Assembly: GCF_009914755.1 (NCBI RefSeq)
Contig: NC_060940.1
Reading direction: 5' to 3' (one strand)
Length of the DNA: 64,000 nt
From: the human T2T-CHM13v2.0 reference genome, Homo sapiens
Position numbers and translations under genes: made by a program. A model generated the notes under the pieces. The model worked only from the letters and a program-made list of their open reading frames with translations, did not search any database and had not been told where the DNA came from. Position 1 is the first letter of the stretch, and every line of letters starts with the position of its first letter. Positions 1 to 15,304 of the stretch are shown one piece after another.

Positions 1-3000
1 CTATATCACAAAGTTAGAAAGATTTCAAATTAACAATAGAACACTATACCTAGAGGAGCTCAAAAACCAGAGCAAACCCATCTCAAATCTAGCAGAAGAA
101 AAGAAATAACCAAAGTCAGAGCTGAACTCAATAAAATTGAGACACAAAAACCCATTCAAAAGATCACCAAAACTAAATGTTTTCTACTTGAAAGAATAAA
201 TAAGATTAATAGAGTGCTAGCTAGACTAATTAAGAAAAAAATAAAAAAGATTCAAATACGCAGTATCAGAAATGAAAGAGGACATTACCACTGACCCTAC
301 AGAAATACAAAAAGAAGTCTCAGAGACTATTACAAACACCTCTATCCATACAAACCAGAAAACGTGAAGAAATGAATAAATTCCTGGAAACATACAACTT
401 CTCTAGATTAAACCAGGAAGAAATTGAAACCCTGAACAGACCCATAAGGAATTTCAAAATTGAATAATTAATAAAAAGCCTACTAAGGAGAAACAGCACT
501 GGTTCAGACGGATTCACAACCAAATTCTACTCGTTGTGAAATGAATAGCTGATAACAATCTCACTGAAAGTATTCTAAAAATTTTAGGAGGAGGGACTCC
601 TCCCTTACCGATTCTATGAGGCTAGCATCATTCTGACACCAAATCCTGGCAGAGACACAATGAACAAAAAACCAGGCTGGTAATCTCTAATGAACATAGA
701 TGTAAAAATTCTCAACAAAATACTAGCAAACCAAATCCAGCACTAAATCAAAAAACAAATTCACCACAGTTAAATAGCCTTTATTCCTGGGACACAAGGT
801 TCGATATACACAAATCAATAAATGTGATTCATCACCTAAACGGAACTAAAGACAAAAGCCACATAATCATCTCAGTAGATGCAGAGAAGACTTTTGAAAA
901 AATTCAACATCCCTTCATGTTCAAAATCCCCAACAAACTAGACATTGAAGGAACATATCTCAAAATATTAACAGCCATCTACGACAAACCCACAACCAAC
1001 ATCACACTGAATGGGCAAAAGCTGGAAGCATTCCCCTTGAGAACAAGAACAAGAGAAGGATGCCCACTCTCACCACTACTATTCGACATAGTACTTGAAG
1101 TCCTAGCCAAAGCAATCAGGCAGGAGAAATAAATAAGTGGCATCCAAGTAGGAAGAGAAGAAGTCAGTCTATCTCCCTTCACACATGGTATGGTTCTATG
1201 CCTAGAAAACTCCATAGTCTCTGCCCAAAGACATATAGATCTGATACACAATTTCAGAAAAGTTTTAGGATATAAAATCAGTGTAGGAAAATTGGTAGCA
1301 TTTCCATACAACAATAATGTTCAATCTGAAAGCCAAATCAAGAATGCAATCCAATTTGCAATATCCACAAAAAGAATAAAATACCTAGGAATGCAGCTAA
1401 ACCGGGAAGTGAAATATATCTTCAATGAGATTTGCAAAACACTACTGAAACAAATCAAAGACAACAAAAATGGGAAAACATTCCATACTCATGAATAGGA
1501 ATTAAAAATGGTCATACATCCCAAAGCAATGTACAGATTTAATGCTATTCCTGTCAAATTACCAATGTCATTTTTCACAGAACTAGAAAAAAACTATTCT
1601 AAAATTCATATGGAACCTAAAAAGAGCCCAAATAGCCAAAGCAATTCTAATCAAAAAGAACAAAGCTGGAGGCATCACACTAACTGACTTCAAACTATAC
1701 TACAAAGCTATAGTAACCAAAACAGTATGGTATTGGTACAAAAACAGAACCATAGACTGAGGCAACACGTTAGAGAACCCAGATATAAAGTCCCACAAAT
1801 CTACAACCATCTGATCTTTGACAAAGTTGATAAAAGCAAGCAATAAGAAAAGGATTTCCTATTCAATAAATGATGCTAGGATAACTGGCTAACCATATAC
1901 AGAGGATTATAACTGGACCCCTTCCTTTCACCATACACAAAAATCAACCCACGATGAATTAAAGACTTAAACATAAAACCCAAAATTGTAAAAACTCTAG
2001 GAAAAAAAAACCTAGCAAATATTCTGGAGATAGGCCCTCGTAAAGATTTCATGATGAAAATTCCAAAAGCAATTGCAAAACAACAAAAATAGACAAATGA
2101 GACCTAATTAAACTAAGGACCTACTGTACAGCCAAAGAAACAATTAACAGAGCAAACAGACAACCTATAGAATGGGAAAAAAATATTTTCAAATGTTCGA
2201 CAAAGGTCTAGTATACAGAATCTATAAGGAACTTAAATAAATCAACAAGCAAAAACAACTCAATTTAAAACAGGCAAAGTATATCGGCAATTGCTTCTCA
2301 AAAGAAGGCATACATGTGGCCAACAAGCACATGGAAAAGTGCTCATATCAGTAGTCATTAAGAAAATGCAAATCAACCCACAAATGAGATACCATCTCAC
2401 ATCAGTCAGAATGGCTATTATTAAAAGGTCAAAAAAACAACAGATGTTTGTGAGGTTGCAGAGAAAAGAGGATACTTATACACTGATGGTGGGAATGCAA
2501 ATTAGTTCAGCCACTGTGGAAAGCAGTTTGGAGATTTCTCAAAAAAACGTAGAACTACCATTTGACCCAACAATCCCATTACTGGGTACATACCCAAATG
2601 AATATAAATTGTTCTACCATAAAGACACATACAACTGTACGTGTATCATAGCACTATTCACAATAACAAAGATATGGAATCTAACGAGATGCCCAACAAT
2701 GGTTAACTGAATAAAGAAATGTGGTACATATCATATGAAACACTACATGGCCATAAAAAAGAGAATGAAATCATGTCCTTTGCAGCAATGTGGATAGAGC
2801 TAGAGGTCATTTATCCTGAATGAACTAATGTGGGAACTGAAAATCAAATACTGCATGTTCTCATTTATAAATGGGAGCTAAACATTGAGTACAAGTGGAC
2901 ACTAAGAAAGACATCATAGACACTGTGGCCTACTTGAGGGTGGAGGGTGGGGGACGAGTAAGGATCAAAAAAGTACCTACTGGATACTATACTCATCACC

Positions 3001-3106
3001 AGGGTGACAGAATAATCTGTACAACAAATCCCTACAACATGCAATTTACACATGTAACAAGCCTCCACATGTACCTCTGAGCCTGAAATAAAAGTTGGAA
3101 AGAAAA
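1..3106 (+). mobile_element. LINE-1 (old L1PA, ~L1PA15-17-like): decayed ORF2 plus 3' UTR, cut by the window start
   Basis: ORF-track fragments contain L1 RT motifs ([20 protein letters not shown]; [24 protein letters not shown]) and C-terminal motifs (MRYHLTSVRMAIIK; ELPFDPTIPLLG). The catalytic LFADD motif reads PFTHG (~1176-1190), with many stops and frameshifts. 3' UTR ends in AATAAAAGTTGG at ~3087. Confidence 0.95.
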
Positions 3107-3523
3107 TTTTAAAAGGGACAAGTGCCCCAGCTCTCAGTTTCCATGGAGTTATTTTTTATGGGAATGAAGGTAAGAAAAATCACATATATATATATTAAAA
3201 ACTTCTAGACTGTTGATACAGAGATGACTAAACCACGTAAGGGAAATGGGTGACAGAAGTAATAAGAGAGAATATTCCTAAGGTGATGACATTTAATCAT
3301 AGATCTGAATTAAGCTGGAGAGGTTACCTCACGGAGATTCCACCCACAGCTACCCCCACATTTTTGGATGTTCTTTTTTAACTTTTACCTGTCCTAATTG
3401 ACAATGACTCTGAGAGCACTCAGGTTGGCAAAATCAACTAAAGGTATGCATTTGCTTCTCTGTTATCTCTTCCAACATGATACAGTGGAGATTTTCTTTC
3501 AGTCTAAGTGGTTACAATCTGAA

Positions 3524-3970
3524 TATTCTCAATAGCAAAAACATGAAGTCAACTGAAGTGTCCATCAAAGGATGACTGGATACAGAAAATGCGGCATATA
3601 TACAATGGAACACTATCCAGTCATAAAAGAGAATGAAGCCATGTATTTTGCAGTAACATGGGTGGAACTGGAGGCAATTATCTTAAGTGAAACAAGTCAG
3701 ATGCAGAAAGAAAAATACTTCATGTTGTCACATAAAAGTGGGAGCTAAATAATGTGCACACAGACATAGAGAATGGACATAGACCGTGGAGACTGAGAAG
3801 GGAGGTGTTTGGAGAGGGGGTCAATGAGGAGAAATTACTTAATAGATACAATGTACACTATTTGGGTGATGGATACCCTGAAGGCCCTGACTTCCACTGT
3901 GCAATCTATGCATGCAGCAAAACTGCACACGTATATCATATGTTTATTTAAAAATTAAAATATTAAAATA
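3524..3970 (+). mobile_element. LINE-1 3' end fragment (L1PB4-like)
   Basis: ORF2 tail and 3' UTR similarity (GAGAAATTACTTAAT..TACAATGTACACTATTTGGGTGATGGATAC..CCCTGACTTC), ending A-rich. Confidence 0.85.
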
Positions 3971-4406
3971 ACAAATGGCTACAACCACTTGTCACAACAA
4001 AGCATGTTTAAAGCAAATATTTGATAATTATAAATATTTGTAAGTATATACTTGATACTAATCACCTATGGCCACTCTATTAAGTCCTTGTTGTCTAGCT
4101 ATGACAGGATCTTGACCTGGAATAACCAGGAAAGTAGCCACTAACCACATATGATTGTCAAACACAGGAAATATGGCTATGTGTCTGAGGAACTGCATTT
4201 CTTATTTTGCTTTCATTTCAATTAATTTACATTTACATTAAAAAAGGAAGCAGCATGATTTATTTTTCCATTGAACGTATCTTTCTTGCTCCCTCAGGTG
4301 TGCATTTGACTTTATTTGATGTATATATGTTACAAAAGATATTGTTCCATGTGGTATGCATGATACACATGTGTGTTACTTGAAATATTATGTAAAACAC
4401 ATCACT

Positions 4407-4739
<333 letters not shown>

Positions 4740-4990
4740 TCAGTTTAAATGACCTTTTGTAGGTATGTCTCTAATGTGTTGGAACACGTTTATTTGAACA
4801 GTTTATGAAGAAAACAGGAGTTATGGTGGCACCAATGCAATAGTAACTGGTAATTATATTGGGGTACTTATTATTTTAATATAAAGTAAATGTCTCCAGC
4901 AGAAAAGCATGAACACATTTTTAGATTAAAGCAAAAGCATATCCATGATGCATAATTGAGTGGAAATGCAGCAGAGTAGCTGTGATATGT

Positions 4991-5352
4991 TGTATTCATC
5001 CATTTTCATACTGCTATGAAGAAATGCCTGAGACTGGGTCATTTTTTTAAAAAAAGAGGTTTAATGGACTCACAGTTCCACATGGCTGGGGAGGCCTCAC
5101 AATCATGGCAGAAGGCGAAAGAGGAGTAAAGGCATGTCTTACATGGTGGCAGGCAAGAGAGCATGTGCAGGGGAGCTGCCCTTTACAAAACCATCAGATC
5201 TCATGAGACTTATTTATTCTCACAAGAACAGCATGGGAAAAACCTGCACTCATGATTCAGTTACCTCCCACTAGGTCCCTCCCACAACATGTGGGGATTA
5301 GGGAGCTACAATTCAAGATGAGATTTGGTTGGGACCCAGCCAAACCATATCA
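4991..5352 (-). mobile_element. MaLR solo LTR, THE1D-like
   Basis: TGTATT..CCATTTTCATACTGCTATGAAGAAAT..GGCTGGGGAGGCCTCACAATCATGG..CAAACCATATCA is the reverse complement of the THE1 LTR; ~362 bp. Confidence 0.93.
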
Positions 5353-6098
5353 TCTATGTAGAAGACTGAAGAAAAAAATGAAATGAGAAATAGGTATATA
5401 CAAAAAAATCACATTGGATAGCAAATACAATTTACTGTGGCAGAGTGAAGACACCATTTGTTTGTAATGTTAAAAAATTACGAGAATAAACTAGATAAAA
5501 TTTAAAAATTGTTTCTCTCAAGAGTCAGAATAGAATTGACAAATTTGTTTGCTTAAAATCATAAATAAATGTCCAATAACGACAAAAATCATAATGACTT
5601 ATAAAATGATATGGCCTTGTAATATTGACCAGACGTAAAAATGGTTGGGTTTGTACACGAAAAAAGAAAATCATTTTTTGATAGACAGATGGCAAAAGCA
5701 ATAATTATTTTGAAATTTTCTTACAATGAAAACATTTAAAATTTCACTTAAAATGACGAATCCTCGATTAAGCCAGCAAATAATTGCCTGTAAAAAGTAA
5801 AACATTTCTAACAATATCAATTATCACTTGACTCAAAATTAGTTTAACTTGGTCTTGCTATAAGAGATACTGCCTAATTAATATCTGAGTACATTTTAAT
5901 CAAAAGACTTCCAAATTCAAAAAAAAGTCAATTCATGGCCTAAAAATTTGAACTCATGACACACATACATTTGAAATGTTTGCATCTGAAAAATAATTTC
6001 AATTATTTTCCAAAGTTTCTATGAAGATGAATGATGCTCCAACTATGCTAAGTTAAAAATTAAAGTTATTATAATTTAAAGCAAGAGACTGATGTTCA

Positions 6099-6426
<328 letters not shown>

Positions 6427-8029
6427 GTAAATTTAGTTTTCTGAAAAATATCATTGATATATTTATGTAAATATTTCAGAAATGCTTATAAAAAGATAAT
6501 TAAATGGTCTCATGTTCTTTGCTATGTCATTGGTTGAGAAGTCAAGCAATTCACAAAGATCTACTGTACTGTTAATTTTAATTCAAAATTTTCTTGAAAT
6601 AGAAGAATGTTTGCCAAATCTTCAATAATCAAAGATAAAAACAACAGCCTATTTTATGTTTTCTTGTTGACATTAAGCTGAATATTAAAGAGATAAATGT
6701 GAAGCTCCAAGGAAAAAGTAAACTTATTCATGATTTTGCTATGGAAGAGACTTTATGTTAGACTTGAAACTCTTCATAAAACAGATAATTGGCTATGATT
6801 TACTACACTGTGTAATGAGAATCAGCGCAGAAGACTGTATTTGTAAACAATGGCATCATGTAAATTGACTATAAAGCTACAAGAGAAAATGATGAATACT
6901 TTTTGATATTGATATATGTAGTATTGCTTTTCAATTTATTTAACACTTCTTTTAATTTGATGTTTAAAATAATGAGTTGACCCAAGATTTCGTCAATTTA
7001 CTTAACTAGGAATATATAGTTTTGAAATTAATTGGTTTTTGCTTCAAAGTCATATCAGTTCTTCTTAAAATGCTGATTTAGTTTTGTCAATGTGAATATC
7101 CAAAGAAAATTATTTGGGGGCACTCTATTCAGCTACTGAAAAATTTAAAATATGTTTGGAACACTAGGGCATACGGATTTACTTCTTCAGCTGCAAATCT
7201 TAGAAAATCTAAGTACAGATTAAGTTTCTTTGATGAAGATGCAGCATCTTAATTGAGATATGCTAACAGTATAAAAGGCAGAACTGCATATTCAAGGCCT
7301 AATATATAAAGAACCTAAAATATTTCATGAATACATTATCTAATGACAACATGTTGAAAAGAATCATATATTCCATATACTTCATTAAACACAATATATT
7401 GTTACAACTACATAGGTTTCTTTTTACTTTTTTACTGAGGCTACTAAAATAGTTAAATTATGTATGTATCTTGGTCTATTATTTGTATTGTACAGCACTG
7501 ATCTAGACCCTGTCAAAACATGGAAATACAACAATTGATACCTAGATAATAAATTAGTAACTTATACATTAAACTAATTTGTCCGTTTTATAAATACTCT
7601 TTCAATTCAGATTAGATTTACCTATATTTCCACAAAGTTAAGCTATCTTGTAAATTATATTTTATTTTATTATTTTTTCTTTCTTATAAAGATTAATTCT
7701 GAATGATTTAACTCTTAGTTTCATCTACTACAGTTGAGAAAAAGTAGCACATACACAAAATAGGAAGGAGATGTAATGGAAGCCAAACTTGGATTAAAAG
7801 AAAACAGGGACAGAGAGTGGCAGAAATCATGAATGTCTTGTTAATTAACTTCTTCTAATGACAGCTGGGTGGAGAAGTCCAGTGGGTTTTGGAGTAAATA
7901 AACAAGTCTCAAATATGTGATTACCCTATTTTATGAGATTAGATTTAGGAATTGGCTAGTTTCTCCTTTTTGGGGTTGAAATTGGGGAGAATTAATTTCA
8001 CAAGCATAGGAGATATGATTATCATCACT

Positions 8030-8230
8030 ATATTTAAATTTTATTAATAAATTACTAAGGAATTTTTAAGTGTTAGTCTTATTGCAAGTATATTAAGGGA
8101 ATTTTCTCATTGAATTTTCACAAATGTAGGAGGTAAGCTCTATTATTACCCCCATAATACAGCTAAGAATGCAGGCTAGGAAATGTTAAGTCATTTGCTT
8201 AATGTCCAAGAAGCTGAGAATATCAGTGGT
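8030..8230 (-). mobile_element. MIR relic
   Basis: CTCATTGAATTTTCACAA..GGAGGTAAGCTCTATTATTACCCCCATAATACAG..GTTAAGTCATTTGC matches the reverse MIR core. Confidence 0.7.
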
Positions 8231-9224
8231 GGGCTATGTGAAATTATTATTAAGGGAAAAAACTACCATAAGCAATAATATTAATACCTGTGGTCATTTA
8301 GGCCACACTCTTGGCAGTAATGTTTGTTACTTAAGGCAACTATGATAAGTTTTCTTTTATCTGGCACCTAACAAAATATATTGAAAATGAAATATGTTCA
8401 AGAACATAGCAATCTGATTGTGATTTTAATCTTAAAAGGGGTAATAAAGCAGATTTCCTTAAGAAAGATCTAGCCCAAGTTTGCCACTTTGTTACTGACC
8501 TAATTCAATAAAGATGTTGACTAGTTTTCTCTCCCACTGCCTGATGTGCCCTTTACCTTAGCTTAGAATGTTTCTTCACACAGTTTTCTAGGCAGCTGCC
8601 ACAATGGGGCAGAACTGGCACTTAACTTAGCACACATTTGCCATTGTTCACCCAATATGACATTTGTATAAAGAACTTCTGCAACCAAGTAGAAGAAAGG
8701 AAAGGAGAATTCGTAAGTGAGAGAAGCAATAAGAGAAGTCAATCTGTATCTTGCAAAGCAAGATGCCAATGCAGGGCTTCCTGACACCCTCCTTTCATCT
8801 GAGAACCTTCACAGATGAAATAAGACATAAAACTCAAGAGTCAAAGGCTCAAGGCATTGCAGAATCTAGAATGCGGAGGTATCCTAGCAACACAAACTTT
8901 TTCTTCTGTTTTAGTGAGAGGGTGTCAAAGGTTAAAGCCATGGCACCTACACTGCTGGCCTCATGGCCCATATGTCCTATAGCTGCAATTATAAGAGTTG
9001 GATATAAAATTTCCACTGCTTCAGTCCTTTCCCAAGGGACTCAACAGTTGAAGGGCACTGCAGCCCCTCTCATCTTCTGTACATGTGTGTGCGGATGCGT
9101 ATGTGTGTGTGTGTTATACCAATGTCATTTCTGCTTTTGGGTCTTTATATTTTCTGATTCTTCTGCCTGAAACACTTTCTCCCTCTGTCTTTTACAGGTC
9201 TCAGATTACAGGTGACAGTAAAGA

Positions 9225-9345
9225 GAATCTTGAGCTTCGAAAACAAGGAGTCCTATCTGCTTGTCTTGCTTACTGATAAATTGGCCATGCGTAGCTCCAT
9301 GCCTTATACATGGTAAGCAGTCAAATATTCAAGAGTAGATGAGTA
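9225..9345 (+). mobile_element. L2 3' end relic
   Basis: TGAGCTTC..TGTCTTGCTTACTG..TGCCTTATACATGGTAAGCAGTCAAATATT resembles the L2 3' terminus. Confidence 0.55.
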
Positions 9346-9439
9346 ATATGAAGGGACATTCATTTGAATGGAATTTTTTAAATTTCAAAACTCTTTCAAC
9401 TTGCATACAATTTACAAAAAGACTTAGGATATTAATGAT

Positions 9440-9562
9440 TATGTTGTCCTGATTGCTCGGTTGAGGAAATTAAGGCCAAAGAGAAGACGGTTTGCCCAAA
9501 ATAACTCAGTGGGCAGGTGAGAACACAGGACTTCTGATTTCAAGCCCTGTATTCTTTCTATT
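9440..9562 (-). mobile_element. MIR relic
   Basis: TGAGGAAATTAAGGCCAAAGAGAAG..TTTGCCCAA..TTCTGATTTCAAGCCCTGT matches the reverse MIR core. Confidence 0.6.
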
Positions 9563-11743
9563 ACAGAAATAAATAGTTATTAAGATTTTTTTCTGGTCTA
9601 CTCTGTGAATATGGATTGATAAGATCTGAAAATTTTATGACATATCCCTATGTTTTGATCCTTGCTCTCAAACGTGATACTCTCATTCCCCCACCTGAGC
9701 CCTGAGATGCTAAAATATTATATACGTTTTCATATTTCCAACTAAATCTTATATTTCTGAGGTTATCATGGCTTCACATATTTTATGCCCTCCTTGCAAA
9801 ATGTCCTTCCTCCCTTTGCCTCCTTTCAAAGTCCAGTCTCGTATATCCTAAGCCTTTCAGGAAGAGTCAGTCATCTCCTTTTCCACACTCTTCCCTGTCT
9901 GCTGTGCCGAGTGACCATTCCTGACATTGCAGTTTGATGTTTTATTTTGCCAATGTACCAACCTGATCTCACTAGACAGAATTGCATATTGTAGTTATTG
10001 GTGAACATAGAGTGCCTAGCATTTCATGTTAAAAGGTTGATCTTGGGAGCATGGCAAAAGCAGAAAGTGTGATGATGCTGTGTGGAAGGTCTATTCCAAG
10101 TTCTGTATAGAGCCAGAATCCTTTTCAGCAATTGAAGGACAAAATCTAATGCATCCCCACTGAGTAACAGAGAAAAAGCCTAGATGCTGTGAAATAGAGA
10201 AATGTGTGGGAGATAAGGTAGTAATTAACCTCTTCGTATGTGTGCCCAACAGCAATCTTCCACAAGGGCTAGGCAATTTGCAATGAAGATGAAGTTTAAG
10301 ACATAAAAGGAAGTAAGATTGATCTCATGAAGGCTCCATTTCACAAACACCTTCGGGCATTTCCAATCAACACAGGTTGTTAACATATGCATTTGTGATT
10401 TTTTTCTTTCTTTTTCTAAAAATGGAAATATCTTTAAAAAGCAGTCTTATGAAAATAGAAAATGCTCTCATCTCTTACTTTAAGCAAAGTTATAAGTGGG
10501 AATCTTGTTTATTATAGTTCTGGTTTGAATACATTTACTGGAAATGTATAATAACACTATAGAGAGAAAGATTGTGCAAGACTTGATGGCAGAGAAGATA
10601 TTCTGAGTTGATCTGAATTCATATCACAGAGAGGAGGAAAAAGAGGCAGATATAAAATCATATTTGGTTGAATGACATATCAAGCAACCCTGGGTCAAAA
10701 CACTAAACAATACTTACAACTCACACAAACAACCTGATTCTGTAAATTTCTTTCTAAATTGAAGAGCAGATTCCTGCAGGCTTTGAAAGGGAATTCTTTT
10801 CTAAATTATCGGGTAATTTCCTCCACTCCAGTTGAGCTATATAATCAGACGTGGTCAAAACACTGTTCTAGGAAGTGTAATAGAAAACGAATTCAGCAGA
10901 ATCATGACTTCGTGGACCCACATCTGCAGAAAGGGGTCAGAAATGAAAATGGCAAATATATGAGCTAGACTTTAGCTGGCTTTTGCTTGAAAAAAAAAAT
11001 CCATTATTGTACTGTATTCATAGAGTTTTGAAACTATTGTGAGTAATTGGAAATACATTTTAAATTGTACATATTACTATACGAGACCCTTAGAAATCTG
11101 GACTCATGAAGAAACGTACTTCACATGCACTCATTTTATACTCCTAATGATAATTAGAAAAAAAATGAGGCCCATGAAACTGAGCAAATTAGTATAGCTA
11201 AAATGTGGTACGTAGTACAGGACTTAATTTTGCTTCCCGCCCACGTTTAAAACAGAGCTTCCCTCCATATGTATTTTGCTTATGTTAGCTACCTAAAAAA
11301 TTAAATCACACAGCCCTGAACCTCCAAAATGGCAACTGATCTTTAGAAAAATCTTGTGTGTATTTTAATGTAAATCTAGTGTATAAACAATTTCTGTTTT
11401 TAAAAATGTGTGTTTGGGCCTAATCTCCTGCTGTCAATGAATTTGTGTAGTGCTCCTGTTTTAGCCTCCAGAAATGGAAGATAACTCCAAATTAAGCCTA
11501 TGTACAATACCTTGGCCTGGCACACACCTATTCTTGGCATTAGATAAGAATGGAAAAGCCAGATTCTTGACTAAGACAGTATAAAGGGGTATTGGGGGGA
11601 AGGCTTATTGAAAGGAAGTTTTCTTTTTCTCTCCTTTCTGAACAGAGTGATGTCCTTAGCATCACAGGGTATTGAGTTGTTGGTAAAGCCTCAGGTTGCT
11701 GGAATGCAACTGGTGGGTGGCATTGCAGAAGGCTACTTTTACC

Positions 11744-12380
<637 letters not shown>

Positions 12381-13599
12381 GAAAGGTGGGAGTGGACTAT
12401 TTTATGTGAATCAGTGCGTAAATCAGACATGTCTTCAACTAGGATCTTCCAATATATCAAATGCCAAAACATTCATTTATTTCACCGATATATGTACATT
12501 GATTTTGCTTCAGTGTTTTGAGTATGCATGCTTTTTTACCTGTGGACTCATGTACTTAGTATTTTGTTGGCTTTCTCTTGCCAGGGTATTCTCTCACTGG
12601 CTCATTCATTTATTTTTGGCTAATACTGACTCTTCCATTTAGGTTTAATTGCAAACATCATATAAGGTTTCCATGGCCCTTAACTATAAGTACATATGGG
12701 CCTTCTTTTTTTTCTGTTAAGACATTTCTGTATTTAATCTACAGATAAATGTACACTGCCACTCCAAATATGTAAGAAGGGTTTAATAAAGATGTAAAGA
12801 GAAGATCATTAGTTCTAGAAAGATTAAAAAGTCTGCCAAAACTGATAGAATCAGCACATGTGTTCACACAAAATAAGCAAGTGGAAAATGATTCACAATG
12901 CAGAATAAGACATTATCCAAGACTCTCAAGGAAAGATGTGACAGCAGATCCCTGTTTCTTATTTGCTGGAAATGTAACAACTCTGGTAACCCTTCCAGTG
13001 ATAAGAGTGTGCTGAAGAGTGTCATGAGAAAGGAGTAATTACGGCAGGTTATATGGTAACCAGACATTGTAGTGATGATATGTTTTTGGCAGGAGTTCTG
13101 GTGAGGGTGATAGAGAAGGCACTTACTGATATCTTCTGACATCTCAATGGGGTTACTTCACTGGACGGGTTCTCTGCTCTTTGACATGGTTAACCCAGGG
13201 TAAGGGTGGATAAAAAAGCGGTTTAATGGAAAACTTTGAGATATTTTATCTTGATCACCATGATTACCAATCCAGAAAAACACTATTTCTAAAATCTTTA
13301 TGTAGAAAACCTAGTTTGGTACTCAGAACACACCTATGGGTTAAGTGTGTTGTTCATCATTCCCAAAATCAGATGAGCCACCTAAAGCAGAGAGGGGTTG
13401 AGAATTGACAAGAGATCATAAAACCAGTGGATGACAGAGCTGGGGTAAAAACCAAGGCAGGCTAGCACTGAGTCCAAGTTCTTAAACATGTCCCAACCCT
13501 GAATCAAAGAATGAATTAATTAATGGCTATTTGGGAGTGTCTATTTTATCATTAACTGTGAATTAATTTATTATAAAAGAAACACTGCATCTAAACTCC

Positions 13600-13822
13600 C
13601 AGTAGTTCACAACTGGGGGAAATTCTTGGAATTTGGCAAGGGAATATTTTGCAATGTCTGGGTACATTTTTGGTTTTCACATCAAGGGGTAAGGGCATGT
13701 TATTAGCACAGAGTGATGAAAGTCAGTGAAGTTGCTAAGGATGCTGTAGTGCACAGGAGAGTATCCAAAACAAAGAACTGTCCAACCTAGAATGCCAATA
13801 ATGGTGCTACTGAGAAATCTTG
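13600..13822 (+). mobile_element. MER20 (hAT-Charlie MITE)
   Basis: CAGTAGTTCACAACTGGGGG..TTTGCAATGTCTGGGTACATTTTTGGTT..TGCACAGGA..AACAAAGAACTGTCC..TGAGAAATCTTG is collinear with the MER20 consensus; ~220 bp. Confidence 0.85.
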
Positions 13823-14449
13823 TTGTAGCCTATATTCTAAAAATCCCAACTTTTGTGAATCTCTGATTCCTCCTTTGTTAAAGGGGAGAATCATATCTAT
13901 GTCGAAGCCGTGATAGTCAAAATCAAAATAGATGGTGACATTCATAACAATGCCTGCACATGGTTAAGAACTTTAATATTTTAGATATTAGCTGGAAAAT
14001 TTCATCTTTGTTTTAGTCTTTTTTTAATGTGGTTTTAGAAAGACCACTTAATAGAAAAGATATGATGGTTAGATAGTCTGGTGAAATTTCATAGGGGAAT
14101 CAATTAGGAAGATTTTATATATATATATATAGGGTCTAAGCAATAAATAATGCTCATCTGAACTAGTGAGGTACAAGAATCAGAAAAAAAAGGAGCACTA
14201 GCCTTTCATACCCACCTAATATTACTGGCTCACCCACATTGATTAGAATGTGAAGTTTTTATTTATTTATTTATTTTTTACTTTTGAAACTTCATCTTTT
14301 ATTATGAAACTGAGAATAATGTCAGTTTAATCTTTTCTTGCAAACAATGGTGTTTCATTTCCTATGTCTAAAATATTTTAATCTATAAAATGAATTATAT
14401 GTTCACAAATCAGACTGTCATCTTTCAGGTAGCTGTGTATGCATTCATG

Positions 14450-14451
<2 letters not shown>

Positions 14452-14481
<30 letters not shown>
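14452..14481 (+). repeat. (CA)15 microsatellite
   Basis: Read directly from the sequence. Confidence 0.98.
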
Positions 14482-14482
<1 letters not shown>

Positions 14483-15304
14483 CCAATTTGAAGTTGTGAA
14501 TTATTATTTGAAAGGTGTAGGTTTCACATGAGAAATTTCATCATCTGAAATTGCCTTGTCATTGAGGATAATAAGAATGAAATTCAGCTACTGAAAGGAA
14601 CAAAGACAAATATTGAAAGATGGGAGACTTTTCTAATCCGCTGCAGAACTGTAGAGTCTTCTGTGAGATTAAGCTGAGACACCATTTGCAGAAATCACTA
14701 ACTGTTTCAGTTTATTAAAAGATTAAGACTAAATCTATTTGGGTAATATGTGGTTTGCAAGATGAGAAATTTCTTCAAAATCAATGCTTTTGCTTTTCCA
14801 TTTCCTCTCAGCTCACTAAGAGGTAATCAACATGGGAGTAGCTCTGATCACACTAAGAGAACATTCTGATCTTCATTAGTGCACGGTCGATGCAAGAAAT
14901 TTTATCTTACATGAAAATCTAGAGAGAGTTCTCCTAAAATTAAAACCCTCTTCTGTTTCAACACATCAAGCTACAGGGTTTCATAATCCCCATAATTAAT
15001 ACACTACTGTGCATACAACTTTCAAAATTGGGCTTCAGAAGTTGTAAATAGAGGCTGCATGGTTGAAAATCAATAAACTGCAATATCTCTCATCTTTTTA
15101 TATTTCATCTCCACACCTTTCCTTTTGTGGGATTATGGAGAGGAGAGATGTGAGATGATATAAGGAAATGTAAAAACAAAACCAGATTACTTTTACTTAG
15201 TCCTTAACTCATCTATAATATCTCCTTTATATGCAACATTGTATGCATGGAATAAAATGCAGATTGTTCTTTGGTGATTGTGTTTATTTGGTTAATAATG
15301 CATT

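Noticed and set aside
824-2710. ORFs with reverse-transcriptase similarity as a functional RT gene or novel retro-system
   Set aside because: They are broken pieces of an ordinary L1 ORF2 with stops, frameshifts and a destroyed FADD motif.
8751-9276. 139 aa ORF and strong-looking splice acceptors (TTTTCTTCTGTTTTAG ~8914; CTCTGTCTTTTACAG ~9197)
   Set aside because: Non-ATG start, runs through a TG repeat, no recognisable domain and no paired exon chain. A lncRNA exon cannot be excluded without transcript data.
12864-13240. Non-repeat-looking block with a 92 aa minus ORF and a minus-strand GTAAGT donor (13121-13126)
   Set aside because: No recognisable protein similarity, no convincing acceptor and no poly(A)/TSD of a processed pseudogene; it cannot be assigned from sequence alone.
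14780-14830. Possible 11 nt microexon (TTTCCTCTCAG-CTCACTAAGAG-GTAATC)
   Set aside because: Such motif pairs occur by chance, the length is not a multiple of three, and no host gene is evident.
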